Source: Patescibacteria group bacterium
GTDB taxonomy: Bacteria; Patescibacteriota; Minisyncoccia; Phycocordibacterales; Phycocordibacteraceae
Assembly (NCBI GenBank): GCA_019752595.1
Contig: JAIELV010000001.1
Span: forward strand, 120,486 to 184,485
Direction of reading: 5' to 3'
Length of the DNA: 64,000 nt
Part shown: positions 17,840-27,053 of the stretch, in pieces
Layout of the letters: each line of letters starts with the position of its first letter
How positions within the stretch are numbered: the first letter of the stretch is position 1
Notes under the pieces: model-generated
Told to the model about the DNA's origin: nothing
Seen by the model: the letters and a program-made list of their open reading frames with translations, nothing else
Database searches by the model: none
Position numbers and translations under genes: made by a program

Positions 17840-18074
17840 TTACTGACCCAGGCGCTCTCTATCTTTGTCTGATGCTATAAAAAGCAACTGTTTTGCAGTG
17901 AGCCAAATTTTCTCAAGAGGACTCGGTGGACTAAGTCGCGGTATGTTTTCTGAAGTGCTGAATACGTGACCTTCTGTTTGCATATTGTTTTTATACCACC
18001 TTATTTTATTCAGTCAATCTCTTTGTTATACACAGAATTGCGGGTAGGTACGCATCAGAGTACACTCAAGAGTA

Positions 18075-19091
18075 ATGTCATTCTTTGCGCCGAGATTGGG
18101 AATTGATTTGGGAACCACTACAACCCTCGTATTCGTTCCTGGGCGCGGAATTGTGTTGAATGAACCGTCAGTCGTCGCAGTTTCAGTCGGAGATAAAAAA
18201 ATTCTGGCAATCGGTGCAGACGCGAAAGAAATGATTGGGCGCACACCTGAGTCGATTATTGCGTATCGCCCGATGAAAGACGGCGTTATTGCAGACTACC
18301 GCGTGACTGAAGCAATGCTTCGGTACTACATACGGAAAGCATTAGGTTCGTGGAATCTTTTCAAGCCTGACGTCATTGTGTCGGTGCCTGCGGGCGTCTC
18401 ATCGACCGAGCGTCGTGCAGTTGTTGAGGCGGGAATAAAAGCGGGCGCGCGAAATGCATACGTTATTAAAGAACCAATCTTGGCCGCCATTGGCGCAGGT
18501 ATTCCGATTCATGAACCGCGCGGACACATGATTGCAGACGTGGGCGGGGGTACGATAGACGTGGCCGTTATTTCTTTGGGCGGCATCGTGGCCTCGACAA
18601 GCGTGAAATGTGCAGGGAACCGAATTGACCAAGCGATAGCCGATTACATAAAGAAGACGTATAACCTCGCTATCGGAGACAAAACCGCCGAGGATGTAAA
18701 GATTCAGATAGGCTCGGCAGTGCCCGTAGAGGAGGAACTGACTATGGCTATCAAAGGCCGCGACCTCTTGTCAGGTCTTCCGCGAACCGCCAATGTGTCG
18801 ACCAATGAAATCGTTCGTGCGATTGCGCGTGAATTGCGCGAGATGATTAAGGCAATCAGGAATGTGCTTCAGGAAACGCCACCCGAATTGGCAGCAGACA
18901 TTATCGATAAGGGCATCATTATGACTGGAGGCACTTCACAGCTTCGTCATTTTCCTGAGCTCGTGTTCAGACGGACGGGAGTGCACGCGGTTCTTGCCGA
19001 TGAAGCGCAATTTTGTGTCGCTAAAGGTACAGGTATTGCACTTGAACACCTCGAGACGTACAAGAAGACAATGACGACAAAGAGGGGTTAA
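18075..19091 (+). CDS. mreB: Rod shape-determining protein MreB/Mbl
   Basis: GIDLGT, EPSVVA, DVGGGT, TGG. Confidence 0.95.
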   Translation: MSFFAPRLGIDLGTTTTLVFVPGRGIVLNEPSVVAVSVGDKKILAIGADAKEMIGRTPESIIAYRPMKDGVIADYRVTEAMLRYYIRKALGSWNLFKPDVIVSVPAGVSSTERRAVVEAGIKAGARNAYVIKEPILAAIGAGIPIHEPRGHMIADVGGGTIDVAVISLGGIVASTSVKCAGNRIDQAIADYIKKTYNLAIGDKTAEDVKIQIGSAVPVEEELTMAIKGRDLLSGLPRTANVSTNEIVRAIARELREMIKAIRNVLQETPPELAADIIDKGIIMTGGTSQLRHFPELVFRRTGVHAVLADEAQFCVAKGTGIALEHLETYKKTMTTKRG

Positions 19092-19113
19092 TGGGCCGTG
19101 GTACACTTTTTTC

Positions 19114-19356
19114 ATGAATCAAAAGGGCAACATTGATGACCTTTTTACCGCTCGTACGTTTAAACAAAAAACTGATAGTGCGTTGCGCTACGCGGGTATT
19201 GCTGGGCTTTCCGTGCTCGCTTTGTGGGGCATGCGCTACAGCGCGATTGACGTGAATTCAGGGGTAAGTGAAGGTTTGGTGATACTGGGGGCAGGTTCTT
19301 TGGTTGCAAGTTTTTCCTCGCTCTTTTTTGGACTACGCTTTCCAGGAACCAAGTAG
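19114..19356 (+). CDS. Hypothetical two-TM membrane protein
   Basis: Two hydrophobic helices; upstream -10 box. Confidence 0.6.
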   Translation: MNQKGNIDDLFTARTFKQKTDSALRYAGIAGLSVLALWGMRYSAIDVNSGVSEGLVILGAGSLVASFSSLFFGLRFPGTK

Positions 19357-19365
19357 CACGTATCT

Positions 19366-20037
19366 GTGAATATCAGTTCGCTTCAAAATATTTCTTCGCT
19401 CGCACACGCGTACATCGTCGTCGGCTCGATTGTCGAAACACGAACCGCGGTAATTAATCTCTTGCAAAAGCGGGGAGTCACGACGTTAGTAAATCCAGAT
19501 CTTTACGAATTTACCGCATCTGATTTTGCAGTTGATGATGCGCGTGCAGTTTCAAGCTTCGCGTCTTTAAAATCTCTGACGGGTGCAAAATATATTGTTC
19601 TTTCTATCAGTCGCGCCACGACGGAAGCACAAAATGCGCTTTTGAAAGTAGTCGAAGAAGCGCCTGGCAATTCAGTATTTTTCTTTATTGTTGAAAGTGC
19701 AGGGCATTTGTTGCCCACTATCCGTTCGCGTGCAATACAAATTTCGGGTGTTGTATCCGCGTCTTCAGAAGGCACTGAAGACGCGGAAAAATTCTTAAAG
19801 GACTCGTACGAATCACGTTTGTCACAGGTTGAAAAAATGACGAGCTACATTTCCAAAACCCAAGACCGCAACCCATCGCGCGCGTTTGTACGCTCATTGC
19901 TCTCAGTGACGAAAGACAAAAAATATTCTGCGCAGGCACTTCGCGATATTCTTGACGCAGAAAAATACATGCGTATGCAAGGCTCATCCGCAAAAGCTAT
20001 TCTTTCGCATTTGGCGGTTTCGCTTCCGCGTTCCTAA
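19366..20037 (+). CDS. holB: DNA polymerase III delta' subunit (short form)
   Basis: EAQNALLKVVEE; LLPTIRSR. Confidence 0.85.
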   Translation: MNISSLQNISSLAHAYIVVGSIVETRTAVINLLQKRGVTTLVNPDLYEFTASDFAVDDARAVSSFASLKSLTGAKYIVLSISRATTEAQNALLKVVEEAPGNSVFFFIVESAGHLLPTIRSRAIQISGVVSASSEGTEDAEKFLKDSYESRLSQVEKMTSYISKTQDRNPSRAFVRSLLSVTKDKKYSAQALRDILDAEKYMRMQGSSAKAILSHLAVSLPRS

Positions 20038-20057
20038 CAGTTTGCTACAATTCGCGC

Positions 20058-20597
20058 ATGGCATACGATCTACATCAATTCAAGAAAGCAGGCACTGAAA
20101 AGCGCGACTGGCTTCAAACTGAGCTTCAGGGCTTGCGCACGGGACGCGCAACTCCCGCGCTTCTCGATACTATTACTGTTGACGTCTATGGTTCCCGAAT
20201 GAAGCTCTCTCAGGTGGCAGCAATTACCGTTGAGGATGCCCGTACGCTTTACGTGAACCCGTGGGACAAAGGACAGGTAAAAGATATTGAAAAGGCAATT
20301 ACCGTTGCTGATTTGGGTATATCCGCGGGTTCAGATGACAAAGGTGTTCGCGTGTCGTTTCCAGAGCTCACCGCAGAGCGCAGAGGACAGCTTATGAAGC
20401 TCGTGCGCGCAAAACTTGAGGAAGCCAGGGTTCAATTGAAAACCGCGCGCTCCAAGGCAATTTCGGATATTGAAAAGGGTGATGCATCGGAAGACGAACA
20501 AAAACGTCTGAAAAATGAAGTACAGAAAATAGTCGACGAAACCAACAAACTCCTCGAAGAAGTTGCTGATAAGAAAGAAAAAGAACTCGCATCATGA
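20058..20597 (+). CDS. frr: Ribosome recycling factor
   Basis: LRTGRATPALLD..VDVYG; PWDK; PELTAERR. Confidence 0.95.
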   Translation: MAYDLHQFKKAGTEKRDWLQTELQGLRTGRATPALLDTITVDVYGSRMKLSQVAAITVEDARTLYVNPWDKGQVKDIEKAITVADLGISAGSDDKGVRVSFPELTAERRGQLMKLVRAKLEEARVQLKTARSKAISDIEKGDASEDEQKRLKNEVQKIVDETNKLLEEVADKKEKELAS

Positions 20598-21685
20598 GCA
20601 TACTTATATTCATTGTCATGCTCGTGGTTCTCATTGTCGGCCACGAGTTCGGTCACCTTATCGCAGCAAAACTCTCAGGTATGAAAGTTCCTGAGTTTGG
20701 TATTGGCTTTCCGCCAAAATTGTGGGGTAAAAAAATAGGCGATACGGAGTACACCATAAACGCGCTTCCGTTCGGCGGGTTTGTAAAAATAGTCGGCGAA
20801 GATGCCACCGAAAGCTCGAATGACCCCGCAGCGTTTTCAAATCGTCCGAAAATTGCGCAGGCACTCACGCTTTTCGCAGGTCCGTTTTCAAACGTCATTC
20901 TCGGTTTTGTATTTTTCACTCTCGCATTCATGTCGGGTATTCCCACAGCGCTTGAATCTTCGGAATACGCAGGAAGACTTACCAATGAACGTATTGTGAT
21001 TGCTGAAGTACTCCCTGGAAGCCCCGCAGACGAGGCAGGAATACAAGCAGGGGATCGTGTGGTTTCTATTTTTGCAAACAACGTTGAAACCCCGATAGAA
21101 AAGCCAGAAATGATTGCTGGTCTGATTGCGAGTGCCACAGGTGACGTGCAGATGACTGTGCTCAGAAATGAAGTTGAGGTTCAGATTACCGCTACACCCG
21201 AAAAAGGACTGATAGCTGAAGAGCCCGAACGACAGGCACTTGGTATCGCGTCTGCTTTGGTGGGCACGCTCCAGCTTCCGTTTTTTGAAGCAGTTGCGAA
21301 AGGCTTCTTAGAAACTATAGAAAAAACGCAGGCAATTGTAGTTGGTATGGGGCAGTTAATAGCTTCCGCTGTCACACTCTCAGCAGATGTAAAAAATATT
21401 GCTGGCCCCGTAGGAATCGCGTCTCTTGCAGGAGATGCAGCAAATTTTGGATTTGGCTCAATACTTTCTTTTGCTGCACTTATTTCTTTAAACCTCGCTG
21501 TTTTGAATCTTCTCCCATTCCCCGCTTTGGATGGGGGACGCTTGGCGTTTCTTGCGGTTGAAACCGTTATTCGTCGTCCGATTCCTATTGCGATTGCGAA
21601 TACGTTGAATACTATCGGTTTCGCAATCCTCATTCTTCTGATGCTTGCAGTAACGGCAAACGATATCTTCAAACTCTTCGTCTAA
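20594..21685 (+). CDS. rseP: RIP metalloprotease RseP
   Basis: HEFGH, PFGGFV, PDZ domain, NLLPFPALDGG. Confidence 0.95.
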   Translation: MSILIFIVMLVVLIVGHEFGHLIAAKLSGMKVPEFGIGFPPKLWGKKIGDTEYTINALPFGGFVKIVGEDATESSNDPAAFSNRPKIAQALTLFAGPFSNVILGFVFFTLAFMSGIPTALESSEYAGRLTNERIVIAEVLPGSPADEAGIQAGDRVVSIFANNVETPIEKPEMIAGLIASATGDVQMTVLRNEVEVQITATPEKGLIAEEPERQALGIASALVGTLQLPFFEAVAKGFLETIEKTQAIVVGMGQLIASAVTLSADVKNIAGPVGIASLAGDAANFGFGSILSFAALISLNLAVLNLLPFPALDGGRLAFLAVETVIRRPIPIAIANTLNTIGFAILILLMLAVTANDIFKLFV

Positions 21686-21692
21686 CCAGTTT

Positions 21693-21713
21693 GTGCTATA
21701 CTTAGTATAGCAC
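21693..21713. promoter_or_regulatory. 21-bp palindrome GTGCTATACTTAGTATAGCAC (extended -10 on both strands), copy 1
   Basis: Also present at 47895-47915 and 55465-55489. Confidence 0.75.
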
Positions 21714-21725
21714 TTCGCTTTTGGT

Positions 21726-22130
21726 ATGTCTGAGAATCGAACTCGCGCACTTCTCTCGGCATCGCTTCTTTTTGGTGTTTCGGCCTGCGCAACGTCTCCT
21801 AACCACTCCGAAGCAGTACTCGATGCGTATTACGCTCGGGTAACGGAACGCAGAGCGTTCGTTGCTGGGTACACTCGTACACTCGCGCTGTCTGATTTAC
21901 TTGAAGTTGGTGAGTGCCAGACTATGGATTCCGTTCCTGTTATATCTGCCGAACCTCCACGCGTTGGTCCAACACTCCGACAAAGATTTAGAGCCGTACG
22001 GCTTTCCGCAGTTGAAACGCAGGCAGCATATACGCACTATCGCTATTTGTGTGCTCTAGGTGAGGGGGAACTTTCTCGTACGCGTATACCAATTCCATCA
22101 GAATCAGATCCAGAGCGTGACCCCGAATAG
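21726..22130 (+). CDS. Putative lipoprotein
   Basis: Lipobox-like VSAC after a hydrophobic stretch. Confidence 0.65.
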   Translation: MSENRTRALLSASLLFGVSACATSPNHSEAVLDAYYARVTERRAFVAGYTRTLALSDLLEVGECQTMDSVPVISAEPPRVGPTLRQRFRAVRLSAVETQAAYTHYRYLCALGEGELSRTRIPIPSESDPERDPE

Positions 22131-22172
22131 CACGCTGTTCATGAGGCTCTGTAAACGGCCGAGTTTCCGTCT

Positions 22173-22208
22173 GTGATAACTGATATGATATATCATATCA
22201 GTTATCAC
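22173..22208. repeat. Perfect 36-bp palindrome
   Basis: GTGATAACTGATATGATA|TATCATATCAGTTATCAC. Confidence 0.95.
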
Positions 22209-22319
22209 TTGTACTAATACTTACTAAGAGTATCTGTTTAAGAGTATTTATAAGAGTATCTGTGCGCATAGAGGGATTGACTTTTTGTTTTTAGGGTCTA
22301 CTATGAAAAAAGTTGAATA

Positions 22320-22530
22320 AAAGCGCCAGAGTAAGGTATCCCGCCTTACGAAGCTGCAGGTCGGAAGTCGAAAGACCAAAACCTGACGGAAAGGAACCGT
22401 AAAAACAGCCTAAAGTGTGTCATCCGAAAGGAAGGAGCACTGAGAAGCCTCAGAGACACGCCGGTAAGGCGTTTTCTTTTTAGAAGGCTATAGCAGGGTG
22501 GTACCACGAGAAACCGCTCGTCCCTGTGTT
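22320..22530 (+). promoter_or_regulatory. T-box riboswitch-like leader
   Basis: Antiterminator CAGGG-TGGTACC-ACGAG...CTCGT-CCCTG at 22494-22526; upstream TTGACT/TACTAT promoter. Confidence 0.8.
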
Positions 22531-22565
22531 TCGACGTCGAATCGGAAACGGCAAATTTAACTCGT

Positions 22566-22841
22566 ATGTGGGAAAGAAGTATCCTAGAGCGAGGCACAGT
22601 ACAACGAACGCGGGCATATCTAAATTCACGATATGACCTAAATGCTTTGTATCGTTCTCGCCTCTCAAAACTAAGCACCCTTGCATCGTGGGCTCTGAGG
22701 GAGCATGGTGAGTCTTCGAAAATATTTGTAGACACAACAAAAGCTATAGCTTCACTTATCGCCAAGCAAAGAAGAGCAGATAAAGAAATAACAAAAGTAC
22801 AAGGGAAATTACTAGAAAGACAGAGTGGTGAAAAATATTAA
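22566..22841 (+). CDS. Hypothetical protein
   Basis: ORF immediately after the T-box. Confidence 0.5.
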   Translation: MWERSILERGTVQRTRAYLNSRYDLNALYRSRLSKLSTLASWALREHGESSKIFVDTTKAIASLIAKQRRADKEITKVQGKLLERQSGEKY

Positions 22842-22853
22842 TGTCATTACATT

Positions 22854-23105
22854 ATGATTAACGGAAAAAACCTTGAGAAGGTTCGTTGGTCCAGCACAGG
22901 ATTGCGCCTTCGCAAATTCCTTGAAGTTGATACAACTCTCGAGCAAGAAATAAGGGAGGCGGAATTGGGCGGTGCTCGTGCAGTTCTCTTACGTGGTCAC
23001 CATTCAGATGTGGCGGGAGCGAATAGAGCACACGTCACCGAACTGTATGCCAAACGAAATCGGGTAGCCGCCATCGTCGAGCGGTTACGTTCACGTGTAG
23101 GTTAA
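22854..23105 (+). CDS. Hypothetical protein
   Basis: Co-directional ORF. Confidence 0.5.
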   Translation: MINGKNLEKVRWSSTGLRLRKFLEVDTTLEQEIREAELGGARAVLLRGHHSDVAGANRAHVTELYAKRNRVAAIVERLRSRVG

Positions 23106-23141
23106 TTCTCGTACGTAAAAATAAATTCTAGATTAATTAGT

Positions 23142-23381
23142 ATGGGAGAAATAAAAAAAGAAAAAACAGACCGTGTCATGGGTCGTGGCGACTTTGATGA
23201 CGATATTGAGGCTGCCGAAATGGCCGCACGCATCGAGGCAATGACCGAAGAAGAAGCAAAACAGTGGCTTTTGACGGAAGGAGGTTATACCGAAACACAG
23301 CTGAATGATGCACTTGCACGAACGGATGGTTTCATTTTCGATCTTATTTACAAAGACGACCCTAATAAAGGAAATGCATAA
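23142..23381 (+). CDS. Hypothetical acidic protein
   Basis: Co-directional ORF abutting csaA. Confidence 0.55.
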   Translation: MGEIKKEKTDRVMGRGDFDDDIEAAEMAARIEAMTEEEAKQWLLTEGGYTETQLNDALARTDGFIFDLIYKDDPNKGNA

Positions 23382-23382
23382 C

Positions 23383-23712
23383 ATGACCACATTTCAAGAT
23401 TTTGAAAAAATCGAAATTCGCGTCGGTACAGTCGTCGCTGTAAGCGACTTTCCTGAAGCGAGGAAACCTGCATACAAGCTGGATATAGACCTCGGTCCTC
23501 TCGGGGTAAAAAGGTCGAGCGCTCAAATCACGCACCTGTATTCAAAAGACGAATTGATTGGAAAACGGGTCATCTGCGTTACCAATATAGGCATCCGAAA
23601 AATAGGGTCCTTTGAATCGGAGGTTTTGACGACAGGGTTTTACCGCGAAGACGGTTCTGTTGTTTTGGCCGTACCAGACAAAGATATACCAAACGGCGCT
23701 CGTTTGGGCTGA
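23383..23712 (+). CDS. csaA: tRNA-binding protein (CsaA/Trbp111 family)
   Basis: DFEKIEIRVG...FPEARKPAYKL..D.G..G.K.SSAQIT. Confidence 0.9.
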   Translation: MTTFQDFEKIEIRVGTVVAVSDFPEARKPAYKLDIDLGPLGVKRSSAQITHLYSKDELIGKRVICVTNIGIRKIGSFESEVLTTGFYREDGSVVLAVPDKDIPNGARLG

Positions 23713-23749
23713 TTGCCCTTACAAGACGAAGCCTTATAATGAGCACACT

Positions 23750-25006
23750 ATGCGCCAGTCTCACTTATTCACAAAAACACGGAAAGAATCTCCAAAAGAT
23801 GAGATTTCGCAGAATGCGCAACTTCTGATTCGTGGCGGATACATCCACAAAGAAATGGCGGGTGCATACGACTTGCTTCCGCTCGGACTTCGCGTATTTG
23901 AAAAGATAAAACAAATTATTCGCGAAGAAATGAACGCGCTCGGTGGTCAGGAAGTTTCTTTTACCGCGCTTCAAGATCCTGAGTTGTGGAAAGAAACGAA
24001 TCGCTGGAAAGGAGAAGCGGTTGATGAAGTCTGGTTTAAAACAGAATTGAACGGAGGTACGCAGGTCGGCTTGGGTTTTACACATGAAGAGCCGATGACG
24101 CGCGTGATGAAAAATCATATCTCGTCATACCGCGATTTACCAAGGTACACGTATCAGTTTCAAACGAAGTTTCGAAATGAGCTTCGTGCGAAATCTGGCA
24201 TCATGCGCGGACGCGAGTTTTTGATGAAAGATTTTTACTCGTTTAATCGCTCGGATGCGGAGCTTGAGGTCTTTTACGAAGAAGCAGGTGCAGCCTATCT
24301 GAATGTGTTTCGAAGGGTCGGTATCGGAGATTTTACCTACTTAACCTTTGCCTCAGGCGGTGTGTTTTCAAAGTTCAGTCACGAGTTTCAGTGCGTCTCG
24401 ACCGCAGGCGAGGACACCATATATATAGATACGGATAAGCGCATTGCCGTGAATTATGAGGTCATGAGTGACGATATTCTCCGTGATTTAGGTATTTCTA
24501 AGGAGGCATTGGTAGAGGCGAAAGCAATTGAGGTTGGAAACATTTTTAAACTCGGCACCAGATTCTCAGAACCGCTCGGCTTAACCTTTAAAGACGAAGA
24601 CGGAGTCGATAAGCCAGTGGTCATGGGTTCGTACGGTATCGGCATTGGACGCCTCATGGGTACGATTGTTGAAGTGTTGTGCGATGAAAAGGGAATTGTG
24701 TGGCCTGAATCGGTTGCACCATTTACGATTCATTTGGTTGAACTATCGCAAGGGGATGAAAAAATTCGCGCGTATGCCGACAAACTGTATGAAGATTTAA
24801 CCGTAGCTGGCATTGAAGTTTTGTACGATGATCGCGATATGCGCGCGGGAGAAAAATTTGCCGACTCTGATTTGCTGGGTATTCCGCACCGTGTGGTTGT
24901 CGGGAAGACAACAACTGATTCTGCAATTGAGGTCGTGCGTAGGAAGAACGGGAATAAAGGGGTTGTGACGAGAGAAAAACTGCTTGCGGGAATCTATCAT
25001 GCTTAG
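23750..25006 (+). CDS. proS: Proline--tRNA ligase (short form, no editing domain)
   Basis: MRQS..F..T; THEE; QTKFRNE.R..G.MRGREF.MKD; EVGNIFKLG; MGSYGIG. Confidence 0.93.
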   Translation: MRQSHLFTKTRKESPKDEISQNAQLLIRGGYIHKEMAGAYDLLPLGLRVFEKIKQIIREEMNALGGQEVSFTALQDPELWKETNRWKGEAVDEVWFKTELNGGTQVGLGFTHEEPMTRVMKNHISSYRDLPRYTYQFQTKFRNELRAKSGIMRGREFLMKDFYSFNRSDAELEVFYEEAGAAYLNVFRRVGIGDFTYLTFASGGVFSKFSHEFQCVSTAGEDTIYIDTDKRIAVNYEVMSDDILRDLGISKEALVEAKAIEVGNIFKLGTRFSEPLGLTFKDEDGVDKPVVMGSYGIGIGRLMGTIVEVLCDEKGIVWPESVAPFTIHLVELSQGDEKIRAYADKLYEDLTVAGIEVLYDDRDMRAGEKFADSDLLGIPHRVVVGKTTTDSAIEVVRRKNGNKGVVTREKLLAGIYHA

Positions 25007-26057
25007 AATTCCACGAAACATTGCAGAGCGCTTTTCACGCGATATCGGGATTGATCTAGGCACCGCAAATACACTTGTGTACCTGAAAGGGAAAGGAATT
25101 GTGATTACCGAACCATCGGTTGTTGCGGTGAACACAAAAACAGGTCAGGTGGTTGCCGTTGGAGCGCAGGCGAAAGACATGCTCGGAAGAACCCCTGCAC
25201 ACATCAATGCAGTACGACCGCTTGTCGAAGGTGTTATTTCTGATTTCGAAGTAACTGAAGAAATGCTTCGCTACTTAGTGCAAAAAGCACAAGGCTCACA
25301 GCCCCCGCTCGGTCCTCGTGTGGTGATTGGTGTGCCGTCAGGAATTACGAATGTTGAGATACGAGCAGTACGGGATGCTGCAAAAAATGCAGGCGCACGC
25401 GAAGTGTTGATTGTCGAGGAACCAATGGCTGCTGCAATTGGCGCGAGGCTTCCTGTGCACGAAGCAGTTGGCACCATGCTCATAGATATCGGCGGAGGCA
25501 CGACCGACATTGCGCTCATTGCGCTTGGCGGCATTGTGCGTTCAAAGAATGTGCGTGTTGCTGGCGACACGTTGAATCAGGACATTGCAAGCTATATCAG
25601 AAGTGAATTTAAAATCTTAATTGGCGACCGTACTGCGGAGGATGTGAAGATTGCCGTCGGTACTGTGGTGAAACCCATAGTGCCTCTTCAAACTACAATT
25701 CGCGGACGTGATTTGGTTACAGGACTTCCACGAGAGATCGTGATTACCGATGCTGACGTGCGGGAAGCGATTTCCAGTTCCGTTGCGTCAGTTATTGAGG
25801 CAGTAAAAGAGGTTATTGAAACCGCACCTCCTGAAGTGGTAGCAGACGTCATGCGACAAGGTGTCTACGTGACTGGTGGCGGTGCATTGCTACGCGGGCT
25901 TCCAGAGCTTTTAGCGCAGGAATTGAAGGTACCGATTCATGTGGTCGATGATCCGCTGACAACCGTGGTTCGTGGTACGGGGCTTATTTTGGAGGATGTG
26001 GAGAAATATCGCCAAGTTCTTGTTGATGATGATGATGGGTCGTTCGCAAGCTTCTAA
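24999..26057 (+). CDS. mreB: Rod shape-determining protein MreB
   Basis: GIDLGTANT; EEPMAAAIGA; DIGGGTT; lies upstream of mreC. Confidence 0.95.
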   Translation: MLRIPRNIAERFSRDIGIDLGTANTLVYLKGKGIVITEPSVVAVNTKTGQVVAVGAQAKDMLGRTPAHINAVRPLVEGVISDFEVTEEMLRYLVQKAQGSQPPLGPRVVIGVPSGITNVEIRAVRDAAKNAGAREVLIVEEPMAAAIGARLPVHEAVGTMLIDIGGGTTDIALIALGGIVRSKNVRVAGDTLNQDIASYIRSEFKILIGDRTAEDVKIAVGTVVKPIVPLQTTIRGRDLVTGLPREIVITDADVREAISSSVASVIEAVKEVIETAPPEVVADVMRQGVYVTGGGALLRGLPELLAQELKVPIHVVDDPLTTVVRGTGLILEDVEKYRQVLVDDDDGSFASF

Positions 26058-26787
26058 TATACAGGCGCTTCCTGCGCTTCTCGGTGTCCTATTTTTAGGC
26101 GTCGTAGTGTTTTTTGCGATGAATTTTCAAGCGCCTGTTCGCGCTTTCTTTGCGGAATTTCTCGCAACTCCCACACCCGAATACGCGTCACTGTCACGAA
26201 GTGAGTTAGAAAATCGGCTACAAGAAGCAGAGGAAAAAGTAACACGCACAGAATATCAAAGTGTTCTATATGGATTAGTTGTTGAGGAGAATAAAAAACT
26301 GCGAGAAGTGCGAGGCGTGGAAAGCATTAGCACCGCAATTCCCGCGCGCGTTTTGTCGCGCCCGCCGCGCACCCATTACGATACGCTCATGGTGGCGGCG
26401 GGGAGTGCTGTAGGTGTGTCAGCGCATGATTACGCCGTTTGGAACGGCATTCTTTTGGGTGAAGTAATTTCAACTACAGCCTCATCGGCAACTATTGAAT
26501 TGTACTCAACTCCTGGATCTGAACATGACGTGGTTTTAGGAACACCAAGTGCCGTTGCGATTTCACGCGGATTAGGAGGAGGCTCTTTTGAAATTATGGT
26601 TCCGCAGGAAGTGGTAGTGGTGCCAGGAGATGTAGTGCGCGCAACGACCGATGAAACACTTCTTTTTGGAGTGGTAGTTTCTGTCTCAGGAAGCGCAACC
26701 GACGCAACCAAAACCGTGCACGTTGCGAGCCCCGTTTCTATGAACGAGCTAGATTTTATTTCGCTGTTGCCAGCTGGCGGTATATGA
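26035..26787 (+). CDS. mreC: Rod shape-determining protein MreC
   Basis: TM, coiled coil ENKKLRE, ARVLSRPP..YD; operon context. Confidence 0.85.
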   Translation: MGRSQASNIQALPALLGVLFLGVVVFFAMNFQAPVRAFFAEFLATPTPEYASLSRSELENRLQEAEEKVTRTEYQSVLYGLVVEENKKLREVRGVESISTAIPARVLSRPPRTHYDTLMVAAGSAVGVSAHDYAVWNGILLGEVISTTASSATIELYSTPGSEHDVVLGTPSAVAISRGLGGGSFEIMVPQEVVVVPGDVVRATTDETLLFGVVVSVSGSATDATKTVHVASPVSMNELDFISLLPAGGI

Positions 26788-27047
26788 ATGGTCTAAATAA
26801 ATTTCTTTTCATCATCTCGTTTTTCCTCTCGGTGCTTTTTTTACCATGGTGGGTAAGCGTCTTTTTTGGAGTGGTCTTGCTTGCGGTGTGGAGAGCATAC
26901 GTATCTGTCATTCTGGGAGCGATTATTCTCGATGTAGTTTTTGGAAGTCCCTTGGCAGTATTCGGAGGTTTTGCGTATGTATACACACTCATATTCGTGA
27001 CGCTGTCTGTGCTCGTGCTCTTTTTGCACAAGGCAATGTTAGAGTGA
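26784..27047 (+). CDS. MreD-like small membrane protein
   Basis: Very hydrophobic; located between mreC and mrdA. Confidence 0.7.
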   Translation: MNGLNKFLFIISFFLSVLFLPWWVSVFFGVVLLAVWRAYVSVILGAIILDVVFGSPLAVFGGFAYVYTLIFVTLSVLVLFLHKAMLE

Positions 27048-27053
27048 TAGCCC

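Noticed and set aside
17840-17983. Possible 47-aa minus-strand ORF after murA
   Set aside because: No recognisable motif; support too weak to list
22225-22263. CRISPR array from short direct repeats (also 57341-57370 and 31469-31516)
   Set aside because: The repeats are too short, with no spacers and no cas genes; the 31.5-kb repeats fit the MraZ operator
22346-22765. Minus-strand ORFs over the T-box region
   Set aside because: Antisense to a structured leader, with no protein-like features
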